In this document: piece after piece, positions 37,552 through 49,706 of the stretch | Layout: each line of letters starts with the position of its first letter | Position numbering within the stretch: the first letter of the stretch is position 1 | Origin: Chiloscyllium plagiosum | Lineage: Eukaryota | DNA: 64,000 nucleotides | NCBI RefSeq assembly: GCF_004010195.1 | Contig: NC_057719.1 | Location: 29,426,822 to 29,490,821, forward strand | Direction: 5' to 3' | Position numbers and translations under genes: made by a program | The notes under the pieces: model-generated | Seen by the model: only the letters and a program-made list of their open reading frames with translations | The model's database searches: none | Told to the model about the DNA's origin: nothing

Positions 37552-40500
37552 GGAGACTCTGCAAGATGGTGGCGATTCTGTAGAACTGCTGTGGACAACT
37601 CTGCCTAACAGCCAAGGTATACTGGTGTTTTTTGCCATCCCTGGCCAACTTATGTGGTGGAATTATTAGTTTAACACCTTACAGAACACATATTTGTTAA
37701 TATTTGGGAGTGGGAAGGATGCCAAAGGGAAAAGGAGCGAGCAAACAGCAGCAGGGAGGACACTCCCCTGGACCACCTACCACACCAGAGACTGCAGCAG
37801 CAGCAACCTCTCCTGAACCCCCCGGGGACCTGACAGACTCACAGGAATTGGCTGCAGCGATGGAGGGACTTACCTTGAACGTTGGGGCTGCGATTGAGGA
37901 GATCCATGGGGAGATTCGTGCCCAGGTCCAACCTATCACAGCCATGCTGCAGAAGCATGAGCAGGAGATTCAGAGCCTCGGGGAGAGGCTGGAGGAGGTG
38001 GAGGGTCGAACTAAGGCCTTGGAAGCTGCATTGGAATCCGCATCCAGTCGGATCCAGGTGCTGGAGCAAGAGGTGCGGGCCTTGTGAGATCATATCGACG
38101 ACCTTGAAAATCGAGGTCGGAGGATAAATCTCCGAATTGTTGGGCTCCCTGAAGGCGAGGAAAGTGAGCAGCCAGTCAACTTCTTTGAAAGCTGGCTGCC
38201 GAAGTTTTTGGGCCTTCACATCAAGTCCAGCAGCCTGCAGATTGAAAGGGCTTATCGGGTTACAGTGCACAGGTCAGGCCCAGTGCAGCACCCCCGCCCA
38301 GTCCTAGTGCACTTCCACTCATATAAGGACAAGCAAAAAGTCATAGAAGCTTCCAGATCCCTGGGAAAAGATCCGCAGGCACTGCTGTACAAGGGGTCAA
38401 AAATAATGTTTTTCCAGGATTTCTCTGCAGCTGTAATTTGAAGTGAAGTTAGAAAGAGGTTGAGGAACCTGGGCATCCAGTACTCCATGAGATACCCCGC
38501 AGTGCTCCATTTCAGCCACGAGGAACTGTAGCATCTACTTGAGACGTGTTTGAAAGCCGCCGAGGAGGCACATTTTGTGTGGCCTTCGGTGACTAAGCTA
38601 CAGCGGATCATGGCCCTCCAGCTGCCTTGAATTCAGTACTGACACAAAATGTAAAGAAAGAACTTGCTTTTGCTAGACAAAGGTTGTTCGAATATGGGGA
38701 TAGGTCAGGGAAGTATTTAGCGTACCTGACTAGGAAAAAGCATGCTCCCCAATCCAATACTGCAATCAGAGACAGTGCCGGGGTCCTTACACACAATGCT
38801 AAAAAGATTAATGAAGCTTTTTGGAGTTTTTACTCTGAATTGTATCGGTCTGAAGGTTGCGAGGACAGGAGGGTTAAAATTGAGACCCTTTTTAAGAACC
38901 TGGACCTCCCAGGGGTAACCTTGGAACAGGCCTCTCCTGGGTGAGTTTTATAAGGGGTTTATAGGGCTGATGTTGGAGGTGTACAATCACTCATATATGC
39001 ATGAATGCCTACCACCATCTTTGAGAGAAGCTAATATTTTCTTAATTCTTAAGAAGGGGAAGGTTCCTGAGGATTGTGCCTCATACGGGCCCATCTCTCT
39101 AGTAAATTCAGATTTCAAGATTCTGTCCAAGATCCTGGCACTGAGATTGGAAAGGGTGTTGCCCCATATTATTAAAGAGGATTAGACTGGCTTTATAAGG
39201 GGCCGTAGGTCCTCTAATAATATTAGAAGGTTGCTGAATATGGTCCAAGTTTGTCAGCAACAATCGATTCAGGGGTTGGTGATTTCCTTAGATGCATTTG
39301 TTCGGGTGGAATGGCCATACCTTTTTTATGTCTTAGAATAGTTTGGGTTGGGTGGAGTCTTTGCTAGATGGGTGGAGGTTTTATATCGCCACCCTCTGGC
39401 CGCAGTCATCACCAACAGGTTAAGTCTGGGAATTTTAGGATTGGTAGGGGTAGTCGGCAAGGCTGCCCCCTCTCACCGTTGTTGTTTACGTTGGTGATAG
39501 AGCTGCTGGCAGAAGCCATTCGTCAGAAAGGCCACATAACCGCTCCGGAAGTGGGATTGAGGGCACACAAGATTACACTGTATGCGAATGACATTCTTCT
39601 GTTTTTATCGAACCCGATGACCTCCGTACCCCATTTGATACAATGTATCAATTCATTTGATTAGATTAGATTACATACAGTGTGGAAACAGGCCCTTCGG
39701 CCCAACAAGTCCACACCGCCCCTCAATTCATTTGGGGCTATTTCAGGATATAAAATTAAGTTTGTAAAATCGGAGGCTATGCCTTCGGGGAACTTTAAGG
39801 ATGTGCCAGAAGTTGAAGGTGGCCCTAAGTTCCCTTTTAAGTGGTCATGGGCAGGGTTCCGATACCTAGGCATTTTTATTACCCCCAAGTTTGATCTGTT
39901 ATTTCGGACTAACTTTGCTCACTTGCTCAACAATATTAGGCTAGATCTCCAGAAAAGGGAGGTTCTTCCAATTTCATGGCTGGGCCGAATATCTCTCATT
40001 AAGATGAATGTTCTTCCTCGTTTGCTTTATCCCATGCGTATGCTCCCTATAATGTTCCCCAGATCAATGCTGCGAAAGCTTATGGGGTGGTTTGGTTCCT
40101 TTGTCTGGAATCATGGGCAGCCCCTCATCAAATTTACTAAATTGCAGTTCCCTCAAAGAGGGGAGGAGTTGATTTCCCAGACATCAGGAGGTATCAATTG
40201 AGTTCCCTGCTGTCCTTTGTCTGTGATTGGGTAGGTAACGATCCAAACTCAATATGGCTGGATATCGAGGCCTCCCAGACAAAGTGCCCTCTTATTAACC
40301 TGTTGTTCATGGATAAGATGAGGACAGTTATGGAACACTGCCGGAACCCCATTGTCATTAGTACAGTCAAGGCACAGAGGGTGATGCGTCAGAGTGAGGG
40401 TTGTTTATCCAAGACTTCGCCACTAGCACCTATAGTTGGCATGCCAGGGTTCCGACCAGGGATGATGGACTCAGGGTTCAAACTATGGGCAGCGAGAGGA

Positions 40501-40560
40501 GTTTCTAGTTTGGGAGACTTGTTTGAGGGGGAGGTTATAATGTCTTTTGAGCAACTGAAC
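37552..40560 (+). mobile_element. L1/Tx1-clade LINE (ORF1 with in-frame stops, ORF2 RT; endonuclease deleted)
   Basis: ORF1 coiled coil, then LENRGRRINLRIVGLPEGE...IERAYRV...PRPVLV...FQDFS in the same frame through TGA 38085-38087; RT RQGCPLSPLLF, LYANDI, FRYLGI, LGRISLIKMNVLPRLLY. Confidence 0.9.
39660..39722 (-). mobile_element. SINE 3' tail fragment with 12-bp TSD
   Basis: TCAATTCATTTG at 39648-39659 and 39723-39734. Confidence 0.85.
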
Positions 40561-40719
40561 TTTATACATCATTGGTCCTGACCTCGCATTGACTATGCCT
40601 CTCACCCATGCGAGGCCTGTTCCATGATTTTTGCACCAAACTTGTCCCCTATATCAAACTGTCTCTCTCACCTGACAGAGTCTTGTGTCAGGCATTGGCA
40701 TTCTTGTTGCTGTTTCACA

Positions 40720-42200
40720 GGATGGACTCTGTGATTAACAAAGGCAGTTAAGGAGAGTATCAAATCAAAAAACTATAGCCCACAAAGTGTCAGAAAGTAA
40801 TGGTAGGTCAGAGGATTTGAAATTGTTTAGGAATCAGCAAGGGATGAGTAAATGCTAAAAGGGGAGAAATTGACTGAGAAGTAAATTTGGCGAGAAATCT
40901 AAAAATGAACAGCTCGAGCTTCTATATACATACAAAAAGTAGCTAAACGAAGTGTGTGGGATCCTTGGAGGATGCAACTGGAGAAATAATAGGGGAACAG
41001 GGAAATGGCAGGTAGCATAAACAAATATTTTGCATTGATCTCCACTATGGAGGACGCTATAAGATACCTGAAGATGACAGATGAGTAAGGTGCTAATGAG
41101 AGGAAAAGTCTTGTAATGGTCTGAATCTCGAAGAACAAAGTATTTGAAAAATTAATGGGCTGAAGTGGCCTCTGGGAAGAGGAGATTTTAAAACCACTAA
41201 GGTGATATTCTGTTCAAAAAAATAAGGGAGACAAAGTAGTAGACTACAGGCCAGTTAACCTTGCATCCATCACTGATAAATGCTAGAGTCTATTAATAGG
41301 GACAAAATGGAGGACAGTTAATTAATTAGCTTAATACAATCAAATAGTCAATATGCTTTGTATAAAGGAAATTATTTGACATGTTTGCTAGATTCTTTGG
41401 GGATATATTAAGCAGAGTTGAGAACTGGGTACAGGTAGATATAATTTTGGATTTTCAGATAGAATTCAGTAAGGTACTATAAAAGATTATTGTACAAGAT
41501 GGAAACTTATGATATTGGGGTAATGCATTAGTGTCCATTTGAGGATTGGTTAACACAAACAAGACAGAATTGGGATTAATGATCCTGTTTCAGGATCAGG
41601 CCTCGGGGTCTTCATTATTTATCTGTAGTTCTTTAGTCAGGGAGTGTGGTGGTGCATGGAGGTACAGTGTGCTTTGAGTGTATCCAGATTTTCTCACCAT
41701 ACAAAATAGGTGGGAAGGCATGTTGTGATGAGGATGTAAAACGTCAAGGAAGGGATATAGATAGTCTGAGTGGGCAAAAGTTTGCAGATAGAATTTAATG
41801 TATGAAAATGTAAGGTATTTAAATGATGTAAATCATATTGCTATTATTGAACAACTAGTAGTACAGCAGCACAAGTAATATTCTTTGAAACATACAAGAC
41901 TCTGAGGGGCTTTGACATGAGAAGACATTTCCATTAATGGTGGAATCTCGACTAGGGGGCATAGATCCAAAGTAAGGGGCACTCATTTAAAACTGAGATA
42001 CAAAAGAATTGCTTGGAATTATTTATCCCAGAGTTATGGAGGCTAGGTCACTGAAAATGTTTTAAAGAGGAGGTAAATGTTTAATATTGGAGTTGGGGGC
42101 AATGAAGAGCTGGTACAAAAGAGCTTAGGCCTGGAGCAGATCAGCCATGATCTTATTGAATGGTGGGGCTGAACGGCCTGCTCCTGGTTCTAGTTATTTT
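40720..42200 (+). mobile_element. Old decayed CR1-type LINE
   Basis: Remnants actacaggccagttaacc, ttggattttcag; tail gaacggcctgctcctg. Confidence 0.6.
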
Positions 42201-42686
42201 CTTGTATAACAACACTTGGTGTTTACTTTCATGAAAAAATTATAAATCAGGAATAATTTGTTTACAGGTCAGTTTAAGTACAGGCCAGGTTATGTTGTCA
42301 TGGAGATGGTAGAAGTTAGGAATGATCTCTGGTTTCAGTTTGTTTGGGAATTGGTTGTAGATTTTGTACTGGTGTGTGCAGTTTGCACTTGAGAGAAAAG
42401 TTGGCCAAAATAAATGACTGTTAGTCAGACTATCACCATATGGAGAGTAAAACACTAACTCTATCATTAGCAACATGGAAGATGGGTGAGACTTGATCTT
42501 GGGTTGAATCTTTTGATGAAAAGAAGCTAGGAGAACACCATTAGACATGTTTTATTGCAAAAGAAAGTAACCAGAAATATTGGATTTATAACCAGAACCA
42601 AGGGATTGAGTATCTTTAGTCAAGAGGATAAGTACCTCTGAGAATAGCTGGAGTTGAGGATTATTCTTTAAAGGATTATGGCACAC

Positions 42687-42998
42687 TTAGATTAGATTAC
42701 TTACAGTGTGGAAACAGGCCCTTCGGCCCAACAAGTCCACACCGACCCGCCGAAGCGCAACCCACCCATACCCCTACATTTACCTCTTACCTAACACTAC
42801 GGGCAATTTAGCATGGCCAATTCACCTGACCTGCACATCTTTGGACTGTGGGAGGAAACCGGAGCACCCGGAGGAAACCCACGCAGACACGGGGAGAACG
42901 TGCAAACTCCACACAGTCAGTCGCCTGAGGTGGGAATTGAACCCGGGTCTCTGGCGCTGTGAGGCAGCAGTGCTAACCACTGTGCCACCGTGTCGCCC
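42687..42998 (-). mobile_element. Full-length HE1-like tRNA-derived V-SINE
   Basis: Minus strand: GGGCGACACGGTGGCACAGTGGTTAG (A box)...GGTTCAATTCC (B box)...V-domain GTGTGGAGTTTGCACGTTCTCCCCGTG...GTAAGTAATCTAATCTAA. Confidence 0.93.
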
Positions 42999-43328
42999 AC
43001 TTATTGGTGATTCCTACAGAAGTAAATAACTTTGATGTGTGTGTTTGAGAGAGAATTATTGGTGCATGTCAGAAGCAAGCCTAAATGCTTTGCAATATGG
43101 TTAATTATTACACTGGTCCTTGTTGAATTTAAAACTTTACATTCTGAAATGACTTTACATACAAAATGTTGTGGCATTGTTTTAACCAATAGAACAATGT
43201 TCCAGTTTTCTGTTTTAAATATTAATGGTTCATAACAGAAACTTGGTTACAATTCAATCGGCTGGAATGTACACCTTTGTTTCCCAGCCTCCTCCTCCCT
43301 TTGCTAACTCTTATTTTCATATTTTCAG

Positions 43329-43376
43329 GATGCTGATGTATCTTATTTTGGAGATTTAAAGATTAAAGCAGCTTGA
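43329..43376 (+). CDS. DHRS7: DHRS7 terminal coding exon
   Basis: attttcAG|GAT GCT GAT GTA TCT TAT TTT GGA GAT TTA AAG ATT AAA GCA GCT TGA = DADVSYFGDLKIKAA*; recalled human end is DADSSYFKIFKTKHD*. Confidence 0.9.
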   Translation, partial: DADVSYFGDLKIKAA

Positions 43377-44102
43377 AACTGTAGCCATTGTACTGGTGGA
43401 GAAGGTGAAAGTTTGGAACATTTTAATCGTCTGGTAGTATGGAACTTATGAAAAAGATTTTTTTTTGGTCTTGGACTTATCATGATATTTTACAAGAATA
43501 CCAATGTAAAGGGAACAACATTTTATACTGTTTGAGAAGAGTGCTGATTAATGGAGGCATTGCCGTAGAGACTATCATTTCATTGAATGACAGTTAACTG
43601 CCGAGCTTTAATTTTGAATTGGGAAGTTCAACTGTGAAGGCAATGCCCAACTGACTTGCCTATTTAAAGTTGAAGCAAATGCAATGTCTGTACATGTCTT
43701 TCTGCCGGCAAGGGTCAGGGCCCTGTCTACTAATAGTGCCCAGTTTATCCCCAAGTGCCCTTCAAAGGTAAGATATCTCCAAATTGAGCAAAGGTAAAGG
43801 TAGCTATTTCATGCTACTTTGCAGTATTTTTCAATGGGTGCTTTAACAGGATTTTTTTTTCAGCCATACTTGCTGATGGTTTTGATTTAAATTAAACCTT
43901 TGTTACAATCTAACATCATTTTCATACACTGTTTGTTTAAATTTAATACTTGTGCTTACACGTTGGTTTTTACTCTTTTGAGTCATGGAACATGGTAAAA
44001 GGTATAATGGTCATCTCTCTTTACATCAATGCATGACATGTTATCTCTGTTCTGTGCAGTTAAACCACCAGCAAAATCCTATATGTTTTTCCTCATTTCT
44101 CT

Positions 44103-44108
44103 AATAAA
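44103..44108 (+). promoter_or_regulatory. Candidate DHRS7 polyadenylation signal AATAAA
   Basis: AATAAA about 730 nt after the DHRS7 stop, in unique AT-rich sequence. Confidence 0.45.
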
Positions 44109-44499
44109 GGAATACTAACATATCATCTTTGAATATTTACAAAGCACACTTAGTTGGTTTGATGACCAGATTGGTTCTAAGCTTCACTATAGCCTAGTGG
44201 CTAGATGGGGGTTTTAAAAAAAGCCATGCTTCCTCATCTTATGACTTAATAACACCCATGTGATAACTTCATACTGATGCTCAGTTTATACTCGCATGAC
44301 TGGTTACTAAAGCTGTAAAGCAAAGTATTACTGCTCTATAGATATGAATAGTCATTATAGAGAGTAAAACAAGAGGAAAAAAATGTTCATCTGTGATTAT
44401 ATTAAGTATTTTCCTCCTTATACTCAGAAAGCATGAGGTATGACTCATGGGGATTTACAGTCCTGTGTATTGGAAAACTGAAACTATGTAACATTTGGC

Positions 44500-45077
44500 T
44501 GTGAAATGGATACCTGAGTTTTGCTGCTTTGACAACAATTCGAATTAACCAATCAGTTTAAATTATGTCCCAGGATAATAAAAGCCAATCAAGTTTGAAT
44601 TTATTGTTTTGACAACATTGAACCAATGAGACTATGGGGGTATTAAAATGTGGGCATTTGAAAACTGGTCAGAGACCAACTGCCATTGAGACAGATCCAA
44701 GAAATTAAGGAACCATTCTCTATCAAAGGTACCTTTTCATATGAAATGTACTTGCAGTAAAAAGAGACAACCCAGGGAATTCAGCAGCCAGAAGAGTGAA
44801 GTCACAGAAGATGGTTTTGAAATTAAGTTGATGTAATTTTAATAAGTATCTTATTGGAACAGCATATTAGTATAGAGTTGGAAGCAGGTAATAAGCAGTT
44901 AAGAGAAAGAGGGTCTTAGAGTTGTTTAATGTTCACTTTTAGCATTAAATAAATTGATTATTTAAATAGTGGAATTTGGGAGTTCTCAGTCAAATATTTT
45001 AACAAATTACGAGGCAAGGTGAATTTTTCTGGGTGTTTGGTTTAATTAACAGAGGGGTTCACTGCCATGTTATAACA
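44500..45077 (+). mobile_element. Solo LTR related to the Gmr1-like LTRs, in the opposite orientation
   Basis: aaccaatcagtttaaattatg...ccaatcaagtttgaattta matches the reverse complement of the LTR at ~27300-27360; ends ...TATAACA. Start uncertain. Confidence 0.7.
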
Positions 45078-45510
45078 TAGGATGAATGCATATAGTCTTT
45101 TTCCCATGGACGGGGAATTTAAGTGAGACGGGAAAGATTTAAGGTGGACCTGAGGGGGCAACTTCTTCATGCAGAGTTGGTGCATATATGGAATGGCTGA
45201 GACAGGTACAATAGGAACATCTAAAAAAAGTTGCATGGATGGGAAGAGTTTAGAGGGATAAGGACCAAATGTTGGCAATTGGAACTAGCTGAGTGGGCCC
45301 CATGGTTAGCATGGAGCAGTTTGGGCCAAAGGGCCCGATTCCATGCTGTACTCTATGACTCTTCTACTCATACTTTACATTCATTATCCACGATTGCTTT
45401 TTTTTTAACAGCTTTCAGTTGAAACACAACAGTTGATTTTAGAAATTTATGAGTTGAAACTTTATTGCTGGAACAGCACAGCAGGTCAGGCAGCATCCAG
45501 GGAACAGGAG

Positions 45511-45546
45511 ATTCGACGTTTCGGGCACAGGCCCTTCTTCAGGAAT
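45511..45546 (-). ncRNA. Minimal type I hammerhead ribozyme (intact core)
   Basis: Minus strand: AUUC-CUGAAGA-A-GGGC-CUGU-GCCC-GAAAC-GUC-GAAU; stem I AUUC/GAAU fully paired. Confidence 0.85.
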
Positions 45547-45819
45547 GAGCAGAGAGTGTTCAGCAGGAGAAGATAAAAGGTAGGGAGGAGGGACTTGGAG
45601 GAGGGGCGTTGGAAATGTGATAGGTCTGGGGTGTGCAGTGAGAGAGGGACTCACTGAAATCTTTGTAGAGAGAGGCAGAGAGCTTCTGCAAGGAAGGCAT
45701 CCTTGTAAGAGGATTCGCAGTAGGTTGAAATCTTCGAGGAGAAAGTGAGATCTGCAGATGCTGGAGATCAAAGTTGAAACTTTATTGCTGGAACAGCACA
45801 GCAGGTCAGGCAGCATCCA

Positions 45820-46180
45820 NNNNNNNNNNNNNNNNNNNNNNNNNNNNNNNNNNNNNNNNNNNNNNNNNNNNNNNNNNNNNNNNNNNNNNNNNNNNNNNNN
45901 NNNNNNNNNNNNNNNNNNNNNNNNNNNNNNNNNNNNNNNNNNNNNNNNNNNNNNNNNNNNNNNNNNNNNNNNNNNNNNNNNNNNNNNNNNNNNNNNNNNN
46001 NNNNNNNNNNNNNNNNNNNNNNNNNNNNNNNNNNNNNNNNNNNNNNNNNNNNNNNNNNNNNNNNNNNNNNNNNNNNNNNNNNNNNNNNNNNNNNNNNNNN
46101 NNNNNNNNNNNNNNNNNNNNNNNNNNNNNNNNNNNNNNNNNNNNNNNNNNNNNNNNNNNNNNNNNNNNNNNNNNNNNNNN
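45820..46180. other. Assembly gap (361 N)
   Basis: Run of n. Confidence 1.
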
Positions 46181-46556
46181 ACCACCAGCAAGGACCTCAG
46201 CTACCGAATGGTCTTTAAAACTGCGTTTTCCTCAGTGTTGAGCGAAAACTCCCATGACTCCAAAGTGTTTGGGATATGGGAGTGATTCAAACCTCCTAAA
46301 ATCAGCAAGTTACAGATTGTAAATCAAAACCCTACACAGCAGAAACAGGACCTCATCTGGTCCCTCAAGTGAACCTGTTCCTGCACTGTGATTGGCCACC
46401 TTTCTCCAAACCCTACTCGTCACTATGATTTGATCTCTCCCTGCCTCCTCAATCTCCCCACAACCTTCTAATCATGTTGACCAACCATTTCCAACTCCCC
46501 TCCTCCAAGTCCCTCCTCCCTACCTTTTATCTTCTCCTGCTGAACACTCTCTGCTC

Positions 46557-46592
46557 ATTCCTGAAGAAGGGCCTGTGCCCGAAACGTCGAAT
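46557..46592 (+). ncRNA. Minimal type I hammerhead ribozyme (intact core)
   Basis: ATTC-CTGAAGA-A-GGGC-CTGT-GCCC-GAAAC-GTC-GAAT; predicted cleavage after 46588. Confidence 0.85.
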
Positions 46593-47470
46593 CTCCTGTT
46601 CCTTGGATGCTGCCTGACCTGCTGTGCTGTTCCAGCAATAAAGTTTCAACTTTGATCTCCAGCATCTGCAGACCTCACTTTCTCCTCTTTAGAAATTTAT
46701 GATCCCACTTACGTAACAGGCAGTTGATAATTTATTGCAGTTTTCTGATTAGTTTAAGTAGCAGCAGTTTAGATAAAATACATCAGTTAAGTTGGCAAGG
46801 AAAATAAATATATGGCCCGTGCTAGTTGTGAACTGATCCTGAAGCTATTCTGTAAAACAGAGAAGCAGCAATAGTGATTTTGAAGTAATGGAGTGTTCTG
46901 TCCTGATGTTGTACAGTTTTTTTGGTAACAGTCTTTATCAGCTCAAGAAGAATATAGGGAAGCTCCTAGTCTTCTCCCAAGATGGTGGCTTGTTTCCCTT
47001 GAAACTTTCTCATCCCACCTATCCCTGTTGATGTACATATTTTGGAGGCTGGCCATCTGTGCTGTGTCAATTGTGTGTCTAAACCTCTTGGCCAATGACC
47101 ATGAGCAGCAGCTATTGTTCCAGGATGCCCATTGACCCCTTGCTCACCTCCATTTGAAGGTTTGCTTTAATTCCTTTTAAGAATAAAATCTACATTGCAT
47201 TGAAAATAGGGTGGTGTGGCACCTGATAAATGTTTGTGATCTTCTTGGTGATTCTTTTAACCTTTCTTGTTTTTGTAGATTTGACTCTCTAGCTTTTGGA
47301 AAAAATCTTGGCTATTCAGCTTATATACACCTTTCATGATTTTATAAACCTCTATGAGGTCACCCCTTAGTGTTCTATTTCCCAGGGGAAAAAAAGTCCC
47401 AGCCTCTCCTTATAACTTAACAAGACTAACCTTTCTAATTAATCTTTAAAGTTAATTCCTTTACCTTAAC

Positions 47471-47748
47471 TTAGATTAGATTACTTACAGTCCAACAAGT
47501 CCCGCCGAAGCACAACCCACCCATACCCCTACATCTACCCCTTACCTAACACTACGGGCAATTTAGCATGGCCAATTCACCTGACCTGCAAGTCTTTGGA
47601 CTGTGGGAGGAAACCGGAGCACCCAGAGGAAACCCACACAGACACGGGGAGAATGTGCAAACTCCACACAGTCAGTCGCCTGAGGTGAGAATTGAACCCG
47701 GGTCTCTGGCGCTGTGAGGCAGCAGTGCTAACCACTGTGCCACCGTGC
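47471..47748 (-). mobile_element. HE1-like V-SINE
   Basis: A/B boxes, V-domain, TCTAA tail. Confidence 0.9.
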
Positions 47749-48068
47749 TACTCTTTTCTAATCCCTTTTTTTGTTCTTTTCTAATCCCTGGTGCTTCTCA
47801 ATTAATCCTAAATACATTTCAAAATGACTGCTTTTTTTTAGAGTTAATACCTAAGGTAGTTCCTTACCAGCCAATCAACTGACTGCTTTCCTGTGATGTC
47901 ATGTCTTCTTTTCCTAGTTCAGTTGCGAGCAGTTGACTGAATGAAACAGGTGTAATATAGGTAGCTGACTTTGCTCCCTGGTTAAGTAGGCCTCCAAATC
48001 CTCAGCTGTAGTTTTATATACTCGCCCCTCCATGCTTCTCCCCCACAGCTCTGGCATTGTACTAGTTA

Positions 48069-49706
48069 CAGAGGAACCAGTCAAAGGAACCTCAATTATC
48101 CAAATATCAATGATCTGAATTTCAGATTATCCGAAGAAGATCTCAAAGTCTCAGTAAAAACATCACATCAAAGAGGTGTTACCAACACTGATTGCATCCT
48201 TTGTTCACAATGATTAAAAGTGAATTTGGCTTACTGAAATGCTAGGAGAAAGTGAGGACTGCAGATGCTGGGGATCAGAGCTTAAAAATGTGTTGCTGGA
48301 AAAGCGTAGCAGATCAGGCAGCATCAAAGGAGAAGGAGAATCGACGTTTCGGGCATAAGCCCTTCAGGAATGAGGAGGGTGTGCCAAGCAGGCTAAGATA
48401 AAAGGTAGGGAGGAGGGACTTGGGGGAAGGGGCATTGGGAATGCGATAGGTGGAAGGAGGTTAAGATGAGGGTGATAGGCCCGAGAGGGGGTGGGGGAGT
48501 GGGAGGGGGAGTTAAAGTGTTCAGCCACGGGGCAGTTGGGTTGGGTTGGTGCGGGTGTCCCAGAGGTGTTCTGTGAAACGTTCCGCAAGTAGGCGACCTG
48601 TCTCCCCAATGTATAGGAGGCCACATCGGGTGCAGCGGATGCAGTAAATGATGTATGTGAAGGTGCAGGTGAATTTCTAATGGATATTGAAGGATCCCTT
48701 GGGGCCTTGCAGGGAAGTGAGGGGGGAGGTGTGGGCACAGGTTTTGCATTTTTTGCGGTTGCAGGGGAAGGTGCCGTGAGTGGAGGTTGGGTTGGTGGGG
48801 GGTGGATCTGACAAGGGAGTCGCAGAGGGAGTGGTCTTTCCAGAAAGCTGATAGGGGTGGGGAGGGAAATATATCCTTGGTAATACCTTCACCTTAATTC
48901 CTTCCACCTATCGCATTCCCAACGCCCCTCCCCCAAGTCCCTCCTCTGTACCATTTATCTTAGCCTGCTTGGCACACCTTACTGAAATGCTGCCAAGAAC
49001 AGTGCTGGACATCAATGGGAGCCCAGGCACCGTCTCCAAATGACTGACCTCCTGCCCTCGGTGTCTCTCCCCACATTTTTCCTGGAGTTCTTCACAGGGG
49101 TGTACCCTAAACTCCCCTTCCCCAGATAATCTCTTCAACATTGTCCTGTACAGGGCAGACTGGGAACTTGTCAAAAAGTTGCAGTAAAAAGGTGTGTGTG
49201 GGTCTGTGTGTGTGTACTATTTTGAGACTCAATTAACCCCCCACAAAAGGCAGCAGTGTTGCTGTTGGTATCCAGTCCGGCTGCCATCTCCGTTCAGAAG
49301 TCCCATTGGGAAGAAGAGATAAAGGCATCTAGCTGCTTCATTCCATCCGCTGGCAGGAAACATGGAAACATAGCAGGGGATGGGTGGGGTATGCACAACG
49401 TGCTGCTGCCTAGTCTTCTGAACAGGGAGCCGACTTAGCAAGTGCTCGCTCCGTCAATCCCATTGAAATGAAGCAGTGGTGGGGAGAGGCTTCAGCAATG
49501 CTGCAGGTCCTTTACACACAAGTGTGTGTCTGCTCAGAAACAAAACCTGAGAGAGAGAGGGACGAAGGCAAGCAGACAGAGAAAAAAAGAAAACTTCAGA
49601 AAACTCCAAGTGCCAGAGGAGAGGCATTGGATCAGTCATCTGAATAATCAGTTATCCAAACAGAATACTGCCCGTCCATCTCGTTCGGATAATCGAGGTT
49701 CCTCCG
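48069..49706. mobile_element. Non-autonomous Tigger/pogo-like DNA transposon (host of a PLE)
   Basis: Left end TA-CAGAGGAACC...GGAACCTCAATTATCC; right end GGATAATCGAGGTTCCTCCG (reverse complement CGGAGGAACCTCGATTATCC); subterminal TTATCCGAA-like repeats. Confidence 0.65.
48244..48977 (-). mobile_element. Penelope-like (Neptune-type) element 3' part with GIY-YIG endonuclease remnant, 14-bp TSD
   Basis: Minus strand: HGTFPCNRKKCKTC...FNIH*KFTCTFTYIIYCIRCTRCGLLYIGETGRLLAERFTEH...VAEHFN; TSD CTTACTGAAATGCT at 48230-48243 and 48978-48991; short inverted segment ~48890-48977. Confidence 0.9.

Larger units (their letters stand above)
45453..46687. mobile_element. Penelope-like insertion with inverted pseudo-LTRs and 15-bp TSD, spanning the assembly gap
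   Basis: TTTAGAAATTTATGA at 45438-45452 and 46688-46702; identical hammerheads on opposite strands. Confidence 0.88.

Noticed and set aside
42930..42998. tRNA-like sequence with A/B boxes
   Set aside because: This is the SINE head; it is followed by the V-domain and LINE-like tail, so it is not a tRNA gene.
42706..43029. Recurrent ORFs 'LAWPIHLTCTSLDCGRKPEHP...' (also 10890, 31623, 3014)
   Set aside because: Antisense translations of the V-SINE, not a gene family.
45439..46285. Long ORFs of 155-250 aa
   Set aside because: Open only because they run through the N gap and PLE repeat.
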